A program made the translations under genes and the position numbers. The notes beneath the pieces were generated by a model. That model saw nothing but the letters and a program-made list of their open reading frames with translations, did no database searches and had not been told where the DNA came from. A stretch of 64,000 nucleotides of DNA from Tubiluchus corallicola (lineage: Eukaryota > Animalia > Priapulida): NCBI GenBank assembly GCA_030141605.1, contig JAQGDQ010000032.1:310001-374000 (forward strand), given 5' to 3'. Position 1 is the stretch's first letter. Every line of letters starts with the position of its first letter. Below, piece after piece: positions 1 to 12,316 of the stretch.

Positions 1-2335
1 CCTGTTCCAAGAAATATTATGAATTCGCGCGTACGTGCTTTATTCTTTTTTTAATTATGCTCAATTTACGTCAAATAAAATGGTTCAGTTTGCCGGGATT
101 CTTTTATATTAGCTGTAAAAAGCAGGTCTGTTTTATGGTATTCGAGTCTTACGTTGTGCTGAAAGTTAAGTAATTCTCATCCCGAATAGTGCCTAGATTG
201 GCGAATGTTAAGGAACTTTCATTTTTGGTTTGTGGCAAATTGCAGAATTTTTTGCAGCGTGGTGGTTATTGGTAGTTGCAAATGGTATGTACAAATGTAC
301 ATTCACATAGAATCACTTGTTTACTTTTTTCAATATCTCCTGCGTTGGAAAACCAGTGTGCATAAAACTTGTACATCATATTACAGTTTTGTGAAATATT
401 TCGATCTGGCAAACTGAATTTTTGTTAAAATGCGCAATGCACATTGGTCTTTTGAAGTGGGACTGTGGTGAAGTCTAATTGGTGACATTTGACGAAATGC
501 GTGAAAATGTGACTTGTGTGAAAATTAATCGGCATAACTAAAGCACAAGAAAGCATTATTCATAAATAAAGCTTAAAAATTACTCTGGAAATTTTGTATC
601 ATTTACATTTTGTCTTATTGCGCACAGAGCTTGTATTAGCAGTATCGCAGTATGAAACTTGGAAATCTAAACCCCACGATGACCGTTAGACGAAGCCATT
701 TTGGCGGTAACTCGTTGGAAAGACGTTTAAATAATATTACGTAATGTTTGAAAAAAACGGTGCATTCGCAGGACACTCTTCACTAACTAAGCAAAATCAT
801 AAATTAGTTTATACTAATACAATATTACTATAGCACAATACTACTAAGTAATATAACATTCTATGGAAAATTTTTGGGAATATACTTTAATTAACATCAT
901 GTTTAAACACAAAGCATTTTAGCTAATTTTCAAAAAAAGAAAGAAAAAGAAATATCAATAAAATGTACACTACTTGTGGAAAATTACGTTTGTATTTCAC
1001 GCTTGATTACGTTTTGTCACAGAATTTTGACAACCTGTATAGGAAATCACTTTTTTCGAAATTAATGAAACTAAACGGTCGAGACTAAGCAACGTAGTTA
1101 ACATTGCAGTTATAAATTTATGTGTCATTTTATTATCGCCGCGCTTATACAATAATGTATATCCTACCACGTTCCTGGGAAACGATCAACTTGTTGTAAA
1201 CTGTTTTTTCTGTATTTTTTAATTAAATAAGATCCACACGTGAAGGAAGACCAAAATTTCGCATTTCAACGCATCCAACAAAGCTAACAAAATTCTACAA
1301 ATTACAAATACAGTAAAAAACATTAACTATCACATCCGTAATCACATGCTTTATATTTTCGCGAATTCTGTAATTTTCCATGATATTTCAATTTTCATTT
1401 ATGGCTGCTTCTGCTGCTGCTGCCGTTGCTTCTAGTGTTGCTATTAGTATTATTACCAGTACTGTTGCTGTTGTTGTAATACTTCTAATAATAATAAGTT
1501 CCTTAGGAAGCAAAACAGTAGCAGCAACAGCAACAGCAATAGCTGTGTCGTTATTATATGCCCAGTTAGGGCAATGGCAAAAGTGAAAAGTATATTTGAC
1601 TTATTAACCTCACAAAGGCATTTGAACTGTGAAGCTAGGCATACTTTAAATGTGCATGTGTACCACGTACCATTGCATGTAATTGCACGCAGTTTTTTTT
1701 AAATGCACGCCTAAAACATTCGTATGCGTAATACACGAAAATATTCAAAAAGGATTGTCCAAACTAAAAGCTGAAATTTTTAAATTCTGTAGAAATCGAC
1801 AAGAATGTAGGAGAAGATTCATTGTTAGAAAGAATGCGAAAAAAGAAACGAAAACAATAGTTGGCTGTAATTAAGAATGGCAAGACAAAGTCATCAGGGG
1901 TTTCATCTCAATCATTTAGAAGTAACTGTATAATATAAGTATTGCCTAAAGTGCAAATTGAAACTGCTTGCCTTCTCAGCTTTTCACATAACGTGTTTGT
2001 TTTGCTGCCAGGCAGTGAAGCCAGACGGTAGATTTGAAGCAGAGAACGCTTTGACCTACATCAGCACTCCATCTTGCACTGTTTGATCTTTCTAGTCAAC
2101 ATAAAATTCAATTTCAAGCATCTGGAAACTCTGTTTATAAAACGCAACTAGCAGAAATGAACAGTGACACATATATCTCCATTTCCTAACTGGCTAACTG
2201 TACATGTGGGATTTAAACATAAAAATCCATACCGCTAAGTTCTAGCTTCACAACTCCGCCATGCAGATTTGTGATTGTCAGATTTCTGACATTATGCATT
2301 CTCCGTAAGAATTAAATTACCATCAACTAAACATT

Positions 2336-2477
2336 GGGTTACAGGGAGACGGCACAATGCCACTGCCTAGCTCGTTCCAAGCCAACTCCTCCTCGTGGTG
2401 CAGCCTGGGTGCCAAGGGAGCAGACTGAGCTCTGGCGGGAGAGCCTGGCCCCCTCCAAATGGCAAGGCGAAATGCTA
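2336..2477 (+). ncRNA. HDV-like self-cleaving ribozyme fold (partly decayed) at the 5' end of an RTE-like LINE
   Basis: P1 GGGTTAC(2336-2342)/GCAGCCT(2400-2406) with a G1.U wobble and one mismatch. P3/L3 TCC-TCCTCGT-GGT (2387-2399). P1.1 GG (2407-2408). P4 TGCCA(2410-2414)/TGGCA(2460-2464). J4/2 AGGCGAA with C2468. Partial P2 AGC(2380-2382)/GCT(2474-2476). Confidence 0.6.
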
Positions 2478-2690
2478 TCCAGGAGCGGACAGAGTGGGTC
2501 CAACCACCAAGCCGTTCGACAACGTCAGAACTGTTGAAGATGGGGAACGTTGGATCTGGGCTAACAACCCATTCCCGTAACAACGCCTACTGTTACAGAA
2601 ACCAATGACACTCATGAATCAAACCAATCCGGGGCAGCTAGTGTCAGTGGAAGAAGCGGTGACGAGGGGGAAACATTGACATCTGTATAA
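2336..2690 (+). mobile_element. 5' UTR fragment of an RTE-clade non-LTR retrotransposon
   Basis: GC-rich island. Contains GGGCTAACAACCCATTCCCGTAA...TGTTACAGAAACC, which resembles recalled RTE 5' UTRs. Preceded by the HDV-like fold. No ORF2 follows. Confidence 0.5.
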
Positions 2691-3275
2691 CCGACGAGGC
2701 TAAGGCTCCAATGACGGCACCATTTTCAGAGACCTATGCATCAAACGAAAGGTCCGGGCCCACAGATTTGCCATTGCGGTTTTATTTTTCGAATCGAGCC
2801 CACCGGGATGAACGGGGGGTGAAAAACCTCCAAAAATGGCCATTTTCGGCCGTTTTTTGCAAAAGATTGCAAAATTTATACCTCTTATTTTTAGAGAACT
2901 GGAACATGCCGAGGGTAGAATCAGCAATGGTTAGATAGCCCATTCAACAGTGGGTGTTATAGTCATATTTACATTTTGCGGAAGGGCTACGGTGTCCCGT
3001 GACGGGCGTTTTCCCGGACCCAACTTCCGATTTTTTCGAAATTTTGGCCAAACTGCCTGTGGAAAAACCGTCCTAGCGGCGCCTTGTGGGTCTCTTAGAA
3101 GGAGATATATGGCTCTTTAGGAAGAGGAAAAACAGGGGTACACGATGGTGTGGGCCATATTTTAGGACACGTCCACCATGAAGAGTGGCGACGAGGTAAT
3201 TAGATGTTCCATTTTTGGCAATTTTTGCTTGGAAAACTGCTGACGCAACGCAATTGTTGTGACGGCATCCATTAT
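2690..3275. repeat. Interspersed non-coding repeat (probable non-autonomous DNA element); diverged inverted partial copy at ~26690-26765
   Basis: 2785-2865 (GGGATGAACGGGGGGTGAAAAACCTCCAAAAATGGCCATTTTCGGCCGTTTTTTGC) resembles the reverse complement of 26690-26765. GC content is elevated. Confidence 0.5.
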
Positions 3276-3319
3276 ACTCTGCTTATAACCTTATAACTTT
3301 AATTCAGTAAAAGCTGCTA

Positions 3320-4560
3320 CTGTTTTTGTTTTTTTATTGATTGAACACTTTATATTTTTTTAAGTCCATATTACAATACAAATTATAATTCACAAACAAG
3401 CATTATACATATAAATCAATATACAATAATTCGTTAGTAGTGTCTCACAAATAAATTCAGTTAATTAAGTATTTACGATGTTTACAACTTTGCTTTACTG
3501 GGCTACAGTATATAGGCATTTATTCCAATGCTTATACAACCTAGATATAAATAAACAGTCACTGTTAAATATATTAGTTATCAATTCATTGTAGGTGTCA
3601 GTAGCTCTAATTTTTAGTGAATAAATAGCTCTTCTAATAATAAAATCAGAATATGGTAAATATAGTTCTGTACACATTTGTCTAGCCGAGCAGTCATAAG
3701 GTAGATTAAACAAAATTCTGATCCCTTTATTACAAGCAACTTTTAAATTCTTTAAGCTGTAGTCGTAATAGTTATTCCATAATGTGGTACAATAAAAGTT
3801 AGACTAATATGCTTTGAAGAAAGTTTGTTTGACTTCTGTACTGCAATTAGAAAAATATCGAATTAATTTGTTTGATCGAATGTAGAACAAACGACGCTGG
3901 CGGTCAATATCCGTATTGTCTGTCTTATCTATTGTTAAAAGATGGCCTAGGTACTTTTCTTCTGTACAAGATTTAATGATATTAGTTTCTGCATAAATAT
4001 CTCCTGTGGTTAACGGCTTGAAGATCAAAAGTTTTGTTTTTGTATAGCTCACCTTAATATCATATTGTGCTGCATCCTGCATGTACAAATTAAATACATA
4101 CTGAAGGCTCGTTGTAGTAGAAGCAATCAGACAAGGGTCATCAGCGTACATAAGTTTATTAGTATATACATTTCCAATAAAACAGCCAGTTTTCGATTCT
4201 GTTAAGGTGCGATTCAGTTTACAAAAGATAAGTATTAAATACATTAGAAGACAAGCAGCTGCCTTGCCTCACACCATTAGACATATTAAACTTGTTTGAG
4301 ATACTGTTCCCCCATTTAATTGCCAGTTCCTGTTTCTCATACCACGTATACAGCAAACGCGAGATTATCTTGGGAAAATCAGTATGATAAAGTGCACTAG
4401 AAATAATTTGCAATAGTTGACCTTATCAAATGCTTTTGAAGCGTCTATAAAACATACAAGAACCATGCTATTTTTGGACGTATAAAAATTTACAATTTCC
4501 TTTAAGGTGAAAATACACATTTCAGTGCTCAGATTCTTTTTAAAGCCGAACTGGCTATCC
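3320..4560 (-). mobile_element. Decayed 5'-truncated LINE reverse transcriptase (Proto2/RTEX-like), frameshifted
   Basis: Motifs across broken frames: QFGFKKNLSTEMCIF, FIDASKAFDKVNY, NGVRQGSCLS, KLMYADD, KYLGH, RLFYIRSNKLIRYFSNCSTEVK, FNLPYDCSARQM. A-rich 3' tail near 3320-3340. Confidence 0.9.
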
Positions 4561-4829
4561 GTAGGTGGCTTTGCGTTATAAATGAGGACTATGTAGGATG
4601 TTCGCGTATTATTGATTATAAGTGTATTTAGACGCAAATTTTTTTTGCGGCACTTGCTAGTCAAACATTAAAACCCAAAAAATCAATAAAAGTTGAACAC
4701 AATAGAAAAATGCGATGAAGGTCACATTTGTTGGTAAAAAGCTTTCTAGACTGTAAGGGAAGCTTATATTGGTTGTGTGTGCCTTGCTTTCCTAATACCT
4801 AAAAGTACTGCTTTTAGATTTCCACGCTA

Positions 4830-5200
4830 AATTAGCGTATAGCGCCGCTAAGAATCTAACACTGAGATCCCAGCGTTGAGCTAACAGACTCCGCCAATAT
4901 CCTGTAGTGAACTATACTTGTGAGAAAACAAGCGCCCTAAGCTTTAATAAAGCCAACCAAAGAAACGTTCCAGATGTCAAATACTCGACTGGAAAAAGCA
5001 AAGAACGTTTCAAGAACAGCAAAGAAAAATGTGATCCTTGGCGAGATTTCCTCGACCGATTGGCCTCCGAAGGCATTGTACGCATCATTCAGTTTTTTAT
5101 GTCAACAGGTCCACCGACATCTAGTCTGTATAGTTTCTTACCAACAATTTCAGTCCATTCTGCTTGTCTGGACTCATGCAAACAAGATGTTACAAGAAGA
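4830..5200 (-). mobile_element. Possible decayed hAT (ZMYM1-like) transposase fragment
   Basis: Minus-strand frames give ITFFFAVLETFFAFSSR.FDIW and RSLLAQRWDLSVRFL. These resemble the hAT segments 'FFGVVQELYNFFSAS..RW' and 'SLSETRWSAR'. A hAT-like end (CAAGGCCCGGACTAGG) lies at ~5558. Confidence 0.4.
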
Positions 5201-5387
5201 AACATCCGCAAAGAAAAATGTGATCCTTGGCGAGATTTCCTCGACCGATTGGCCTCCGAAAGCATTGTACGCATCATTCAGTTTTTTATGTCAACAGGTC
5301 CAGCGACATCTAGTCTGTATAGTTTCTTACCAACAATTTCAGTCCATTCTGCTTGTCTGGACTCATGCAAACAAGATGTTACAAGAA
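5019..5387. repeat. Near-perfect tandem duplication, 180-bp copies at period 189
   Basis: 5019-5198 and 5208-5387 are almost identical; two substitutions seen. Confidence 0.95.
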
Positions 5388-6539
5388 CAACAAAGTGTAA
5401 CTTTTTAGGTGTTTAACTTTCCAGCACTAGGCATATAGCGCCTGTGAGGATTCCAAATGACCGCATTAGTACCAGTACCATACAGTCATGGGAGGTGAAA
5501 CTAAAGTGTAAAAGTACAAAACAAGAGGCTATCCATTTTTTAGTAGCGTAGCAATGCCAAGGCCCGGACTAGGATCTTTTTTGGGTCCTGGGCTAATGAA
5601 ATTATGACCCTCTAAGACTCCAAGTCGCTCGCGCCCGTTTTGGACATTTCACTCGTCATCATACTTCAGCGACATTTACACAGCTTTAAGTAAACTTACT
5701 GCGAATTATTTAAATAAATTAGAATAGCTATCTGTTGCTCGTCAATAAAAATATTCTTTAAGAAATACCACTATTTAATTCAACACAACCGTAGTGAAAA
5801 ACTGATTTGATTTTACCAAATATTACCAAAGTGTGAGGGGCTACCCTATAGCATAATTCTACCCTGGCAATGTCTAATAACAATATAATTTTCCGTTACT
5901 AGTGCATTAACATGCCTAATGTCCGCAATAGTTAATCGACGAAAATCGTGCATGTATACCAGTTGTGTCAGTGTGTCAGAGTCACTCAATTTAAATGTGA
6001 CTAAATTAACTGTTTTTTCAATAATAGGCTCATAGCAAATAGCAGATTCGCAGCGGTCAACCATCCATTTACCTACCAAGTACTGGTATTGCTCGCTTTT
6101 GTAGCACAGACAGTGATCACTCTACTATATCACTCAGCCATCGTCGATCCTCAGTCACATTCTCGGTCCCTGTCTTTTTCATTTTATTTAAAATAATCCT
6201 CTACGTAGCTCTGACAAAAGTGTATTAATGAAGCAAACCACAAAAATAAATGGGCAACATTGATCGGTTGCAATCTAGCAGTCACCAAAAAATCCTACAT
6301 GAAGCTGAGAAAACTAGCGCAAAAGCCAATCGCAGCAGCAGCTGAAAGCGAAAGGTCTGTGCTTTAATTCCTACAGCCTCGCCTGAGAAGCCCTGTAATA
6401 AGCTACCCTGTTCCTCTAGTGAAATTCTTGCAAAATTCATTGACGCGTTTGGATTAGCTTGGGATACACTGGATCGGATTGACCATAAAGATTTTTTTCT
6501 TTGATCGATACTCAGTGAGAGAGGACTAATATATGTGAA

Positions 6540-6815
6540 TGAGAGAGAAAAACGAAGCGGGAGAGAGAGAGAGAGAGAAAGAAAGAAAGAAAGAAAGAAG
6601 GAAGGAAGGAAGGAAGGAAGGAAGAAAGAAAGGAAGGAAGGAAGAAATATAGAGACAGACATACACAGAGAGAGGCCGATAAATTAAGAGAGAGGAATGG
6701 AAAAAGAGAAAGAAGATGAAGAGAAGGAGTAAACGAAGAAGGAAAAACAGTAAGGTAAGAAAGAAAAGAGAAAGAAAGAGGAGAAGAAAGTGGCAAAGAA
6801 TGGAGGAAACAAAAC
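6540..6815. repeat. Polypurine (GA/GAAA/GGAA) microsatellite tract
   Basis: Runs of gaga, gaaa and ggaa repeats. Confidence 0.95.
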
Positions 6816-6879
6816 AGATGATGATTTTTAGGAAGTATTGGTCTAAACGCGGTGTAACCTAACCCAGTGTTTCGCACCG

Positions 6880-7330
6880 ATCTGCATTCTTTTAAGTTGT
6901 TTCTTTGAACTTTATTGTTTGTAATTTGGGGAAAACTTATTTCCCACAGTGTATAGCCATCTAGTCCAAGATCAACTGTAGCTCGGGTTGAACTACCTGT
7001 CACAAGCGATATCTGTTAGGCTTCAACTTGTTAATATGTCAATAAACTCACTGTAAAAGCGTCGACATTTGTAAATAGCACTGACAAAATCTCAATGCAG
7101 TTTTGAAACTTTTACACTGTTCAATTTTTAACCTTGGCTTGCGCTACTAAGCATTAAGCTTGGCTTCCTTTACTGCTTCAAAGATTCAAAGATTTCTTCC
7201 TTTACCATTGACCCTAGTTTTCCTAACCGATGATTTAACTTCCTGCAGCCCTATTTGCTTACTGTCTGGGGAGAGATATAGTAGCTTACTAACACTCTCA
7301 CACAAAAAGATACATCATAGAAAAAGTCTA
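6880..7330 (-). mobile_element. Decayed CR1/L2-like LINE fragment (ORF1 end and start of the endonuclease)
   Basis: Minus-strand peptides LYLSPDSKQ..., VLFTNVDAFT...SLVTG...LDGYTL resemble the LINE ORF1 C-terminus and the APE N-terminus. Stops are present. Confidence 0.4.
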
Positions 7331-8709
7331 CTGTCTTGGATTACGTATCCGCAGCCAAAATACTCTCAAGAGTGATGACAATGCAGTAGTGTAAATGGTT
7401 TTCAAGGTTGTGTCTAAACCAGAATATATAATTGAAAAAATTGTTCTGTTTGGTAAACAAGATTAATTGATTTATGACGCACGTAGATCATTAATAACAA
7501 CACTGTTTCATTCCAGAGAGTATTACACTTAATTGGCATAATGAAAAGTGAAGTATGCCAAATATACTTGTTGATATTCTACGCATGTCTTCGTAAGTAT
7601 TGATTCCCGAGATTTAGTGCGGAAGTTATTAAGCTCTTGACTGCTTTTATCTGCCAGTAACTGCCATTAACGCTGAGTATATAAGTCGTACATGACTTCT
7701 TACACGAGCTGGGGTGCCTCCTCCTTTTATGTTACATCCTCGGATTGCTCACTACATTGCAGAAAGGAACAATTGCTCTACAAGTTGATTATAGGATTTG
7801 CAAAGGAGGTGTTCAGAGCTACAGTGTAGGCAACAATTTTGTCTGCTGTAGAGTGGCAGTTTCAATTTGTCCCCAAGGAACGTATGTGGTCAAATGATGA
7901 AATATTTGTTAGCTTTTGTGACACTCTATCTAAAAAAGAAGTAACGGCTAAGTGCAACTGTCAGACTTCGTAGCGAACTCACTTGGGTTTATATCTTAGA
8001 ATAATATATTTCTTCTGACTGCATTCGTGTAACAGTGGCATATCATTATCTTAAGTTGTACTTATATTTTTTAACCGATACTTGATCAAAACTTTTTGTA
8101 TTCACGCCAAATTGCATCGACTGACTACTATGCACAGATGTTACTTTAGATGAGACGTTAGTGCTGCTGTTCAATGGAACACTCGGCAGTTGACTCACTC
8201 GAAGACCTAATTTTAGTAGTAACTAAACATGAGCAAACAAGCAAACAGACAATCAATAAACCAAGAAAGTGGTTAAAAATTGATTCTAGTAGATTTCCAA
8301 CAATATAACGGATTCATAGTAATTAACAGATTACTTCTACCCATATTTCACGTGCTAGCACCAAGCAACCAATATTCGAGTAGTACCTCATGTCAGTACC
8401 CGCCCCAAGTTATCTAGTGTTTAGCTGATATTATTGACTATATGAGATGTAAATTCTGAAGAGTCTTAGTGTTACTGGAGTCTTGGATTATTACTAACTA
8501 TTAAGAACTGACGAGAAAGCAACCATGCACAATGCAAAATTGAGTTGTTTTAATTATGTAGGCATGCATGCTGGCCTACTTACAGGACAATCTAAATTCA
8601 AAGAGAACACCAGTGAAGGATTCAGTCCTTCCTTGCTGTTCTGTAAACTTTAGATTCTTATGTAAGCAAGTTGCTTACGAACAAACAAATAATGTAAACA
8701 CATACGTAC

Positions 8710-8884
8710 AGAACACAACAGCTACAAAGTCCAAATCCTCGACCAGGCTCTCGAACTTCTCCTTGGTGGCTTCTATGATGATGTCCTCATCGGGGTCTTC
8801 ATGTCTGTCATGATGGTCTATCGGCGTAATGGCAACAGCAATCGTGGCAGACAGAAGCAGTAAGAACAGTCGCAGGGCCACCAT
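8710..8884 (-). CDS. First coding exon of a secreted thioredoxin/PDI-fold protein (downstream exons not identified)
   Basis: MVALRLFLLLLSATIAVA signal peptide, then a His/acidic linker, then IIEATKEKFESLVEDLDFVAVVF (thioredoxin beta1-alpha1-beta2). Phase-1 GTACGT donor at 8709, at the 'F|Y' position typical of PDI-family genes. Confidence 0.75.
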
Positions 8885-8956
8885 GTTGACCGAGGTGTTC
8901 ACGCTGCTCTGAAGAAAAGCATTTCCTCTCCGCTATACTTCCATGCGAGCTGTCTC

Positions 8957-8964
8957 TATATATA
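8957..8964 (-). promoter_or_regulatory. Candidate TATA box of the thioredoxin-fold gene
   Basis: TATATATA about 75 bp upstream of the ATG at 8884. Confidence 0.35.
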
Positions 8965-11900
8965 GATGCGAGAAGCCAGAGGTCCCTAGGTGGGGAATAG
9001 ATCGTATACGCCGGTAAAATGAGCACTAGAAGCCGCGCATGTAGTCAGGCGAAAACTTTAGAGATCAACCAGCTAAAGCGACACATGCGCAATGCACACA
9101 TAGATGATACATCTCATAGAAAAAGTCCAAGGATTTACATAAAATAGACTTCTCATGACGAAAGTTTTTCCCGCTTTTAAATTAAATCGCATTTCTTACT
9201 TATTTCTTGAGGGCAAATTAACCACAATAATTATACCAAACCACAAAGACGCTTGTAAGTTTATTCATACTACACATACGACAGCTATTACCAACGTTTT
9301 GTCACTTTCTTTCACGTTGGCTTGTGCAATCATTGACCTTAAATGGCCACGATCATGCTTTATTGCTACAAAATAAAATGAAGCAATGAAATAATACGAA
9401 GTGTCACACGTAGTGTTCCTAACTGTCCGAGATTTGTCTTGACTTTTCAGAAATTGTTATTTTTGTCCATGGAAATTTTAAGCCATGCAGTGGACACTAA
9501 TATTAAAATTTAATTTTAGTCTCATTTTACAACATATTGGTTTAAAGCCTTAATAACCTATACTAAAACCCAGAATTTACTGGGTCCTTCATTAACTCCT
9601 GTCCCGTCTGTTTTAGCCTTTCGCGTCCATGAAACAGTTGATGACAATTAACGACCTTCACTACATTTGCATTTAATTATAAAGATACTAGTTACTAGAA
9701 AAAGTACCAGACCGCAATTTAACACGCTAGTAAAAAATTTTGCTATTTTTCCAAAAATGGAACCACTAGAAGGCTAAATCTAGCTAAATCTAACTAATAG
9801 AGTGAGTTAGTCTAAACTAGCTAAATCAATTATAATAGGTCTTTTTTATTTACGGCTTGATTATTTTAAATTAACTTTAAAGGTTAACACATAATTAAGG
9901 TTATCTTTCTCTTTGTTGACTTGAGCTTGAACCCTTCATTTGAAAAGTTAAGCTACTCCATCTACTTAATGTTAAGCTTAACCATCTGCTTTGCACAACG
10001 GAAATTTTTTCCCAGCAATTTTTAAGAACACGAGCTTCTGAATCATAATGACAAAAAAGAAAAGGGTGTGCCATATCAATTATTTTTTGTAGATGATTTG
10101 TTTAAATCGCTGATAGATTGTGGATTAATTTTTTCATCCTGCAAAATTTCTTTAAACAAATTATTTAAGTGATCCGGTTGCAACGAAAAGTGAATTCAAA
10201 TGTGTTCAGCTTTGCTCATTTGTGTAGTATGTTGCAGATACAGAATTACCTCTACAACCATTTTGATAAAATTATTTTAAAAATGAACGTACAGTACAGT
10301 CTAAGACTCTAAGTCGGTAAGACATGCTTGTCTTGAAGTTAGAAACAACTTTCTCCATAAAAAAGATAATTATAATAATATTCGGCTTCAAATTATTATT
10401 AGTCCTATAAGGAATTAATGATAACTACCAGTTTATAATTATTTTTAAATCGCTATTGCAAAACGTTTCTTAATGAATGTTTTTGAAGGTCTTGATTTTT
10501 CGAAAACATATGACGTAGTTCTTAATTAGAGACTGGGCGCAGAGATGATGTCAAACGTTTGGCTGATTAGTGAACTTAAATGATGCGATATTATTTCATC
10601 GATTTGTTGAGTCTGGACGCTTAAATGGCGAACCTTGACGGTAAAGAGCGAAACTTGAATTTAACACCTCTAGCGTCCGCTAAGACTCTGTTTTTACTGT
10701 CGTTTGACTGAAAGACTGTTGTTTGAAATCGTTATTAACAACTAAGTGATATGTAATTGCACGTACTTAATTTCTGAAACATAATTACTAAGTCAGCGAC
10801 GTATGTGTAAATTGCCCCTGTAATACCAGGTACATTGGTATTATTATTATTTTTGATCATATAAAAGTATAACATATAACCACAATGTAGCATAAGTATG
10901 TACTACTTAAGTTAAGGTGGATATTGTGGTAAAATTCAAATTTATACATGTTATTAATGTTAAGTTAAGAATTTCAAAAATCATATCAAATAGTTTATAA
11001 TGAAAATATGAAAGTCGGAGGCGCTGCCCTCGGTATCATCTAGGGCTAGACTGTTTTGCTTGAGGAATCACACCAGATCACATCACTTGTAAGTCCAATT
11101 AAACTACAGTATTAAGCGATTCGATTAACGAAAAAAATCGGGGGTTCTGCTTGGAAAAAATTGCACATATTGTGAAAAAACGTCAAAAAAGATATGAAAA
11201 ACACACAGGCTGGACTATAGCATTTTTTGTTGTTAGTGTTCCAAATTTTAATACAGTTGTGTATTAATGCAATAGTATTAACGATTTCTTTGAATAAAGT
11301 ATTAAAGCTATAGTACTAGTAGAGACGGCCGACACGTTCTACATAATAAGAATATCACGTCGCTATTTTAGCTTGCAGGAGTTGCAAAGATTTAAGGTTA
11401 CATTTGCTTATTATGTCAACCTAACTATTTTATAAATTTAGAGATTTTCTAAATTAACAATCTAAAGATTTTCTTCACGTCTTTAGAAAATAATAAATCT
11501 GATTTATTCTGTTAGTTACTGTGTGGCTCTTGGCTAGTAACCATAATTAATACGCTGTTTGTTAACTAATTTCCTTTTTACTTTTATGTTATGTATTTAA
11601 ACTTAAATGAATCTAAATTATCAAGTAGAGTTTGGGGACTATATACCAAAATGGTTATATTTAGTTTGTAGATTTCACAGTTTTGAAGAATCAGCAACAC
11701 AATTATTGTCAGGAATTAAGAAGAAGAATTACAGGTAACACAACCTGAAACGTGCAAACATTTACAGGGTATATGCTTATGCATATCTGTGCTGTAAAAC
11801 TCATTTAAGTTCAAAAAATATTACTTAGCATTACGCTTACCTGTTTGAAAGACTTATGTAACTGTAAAAGAATATTCTTAATGAGTTAAAATATTTCGTG

Positions 11901-12316
11901 CCAACTGGTCATCACCAGCCCAGGGTGAGTGCACCACTGATTCACCAAAAAAACACATTTTCGACCTTATTAACAATACAAAGTAATTTAAACATTTTCT
12001 TAATTAGCTGAGAGTGCGCTACAAATGCTTTGATTATTTTTTCAAATTTTAGGCAATGTTGTCTAAATTTATTTCGAACGACTATCAAGACGAATTACTA
12101 TTAAAATGGCTGCACCTAAACAGCATGAAATTGATATAAAATTTCAAGACAAATTTTTTAAGCCTTACGTATAAAGAGTGTTTTCTTGCATTTTAACAAA
12201 AGTGCGTGTAGGTGACATCACTAGGGAATGAATTACAGACATCATAACAACATGATTTAATGTAACTGAAATAATCTTCCGTCTGGTATAATTGAAAATA
12301 ATATAAATATTATAGG

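Noticed and set aside
1380-1586. Hydrophobic Ala/Val/Ile-rich ORF
   Set aside because: Arises from GCT/TTA/CAG trinucleotide low-complexity sequence; no splice or homology support.
4907-5416. 169-aa and 144-aa plus-strand ORFs with internal repeat
   Set aside because: By-products of the 189-bp tandem duplication on the antisense strand of a decayed transposase.
6282-7003. Leu/Ser/Phe-rich 'membrane' ORFs
   Set aside because: Translations of the CT/GA microsatellite.
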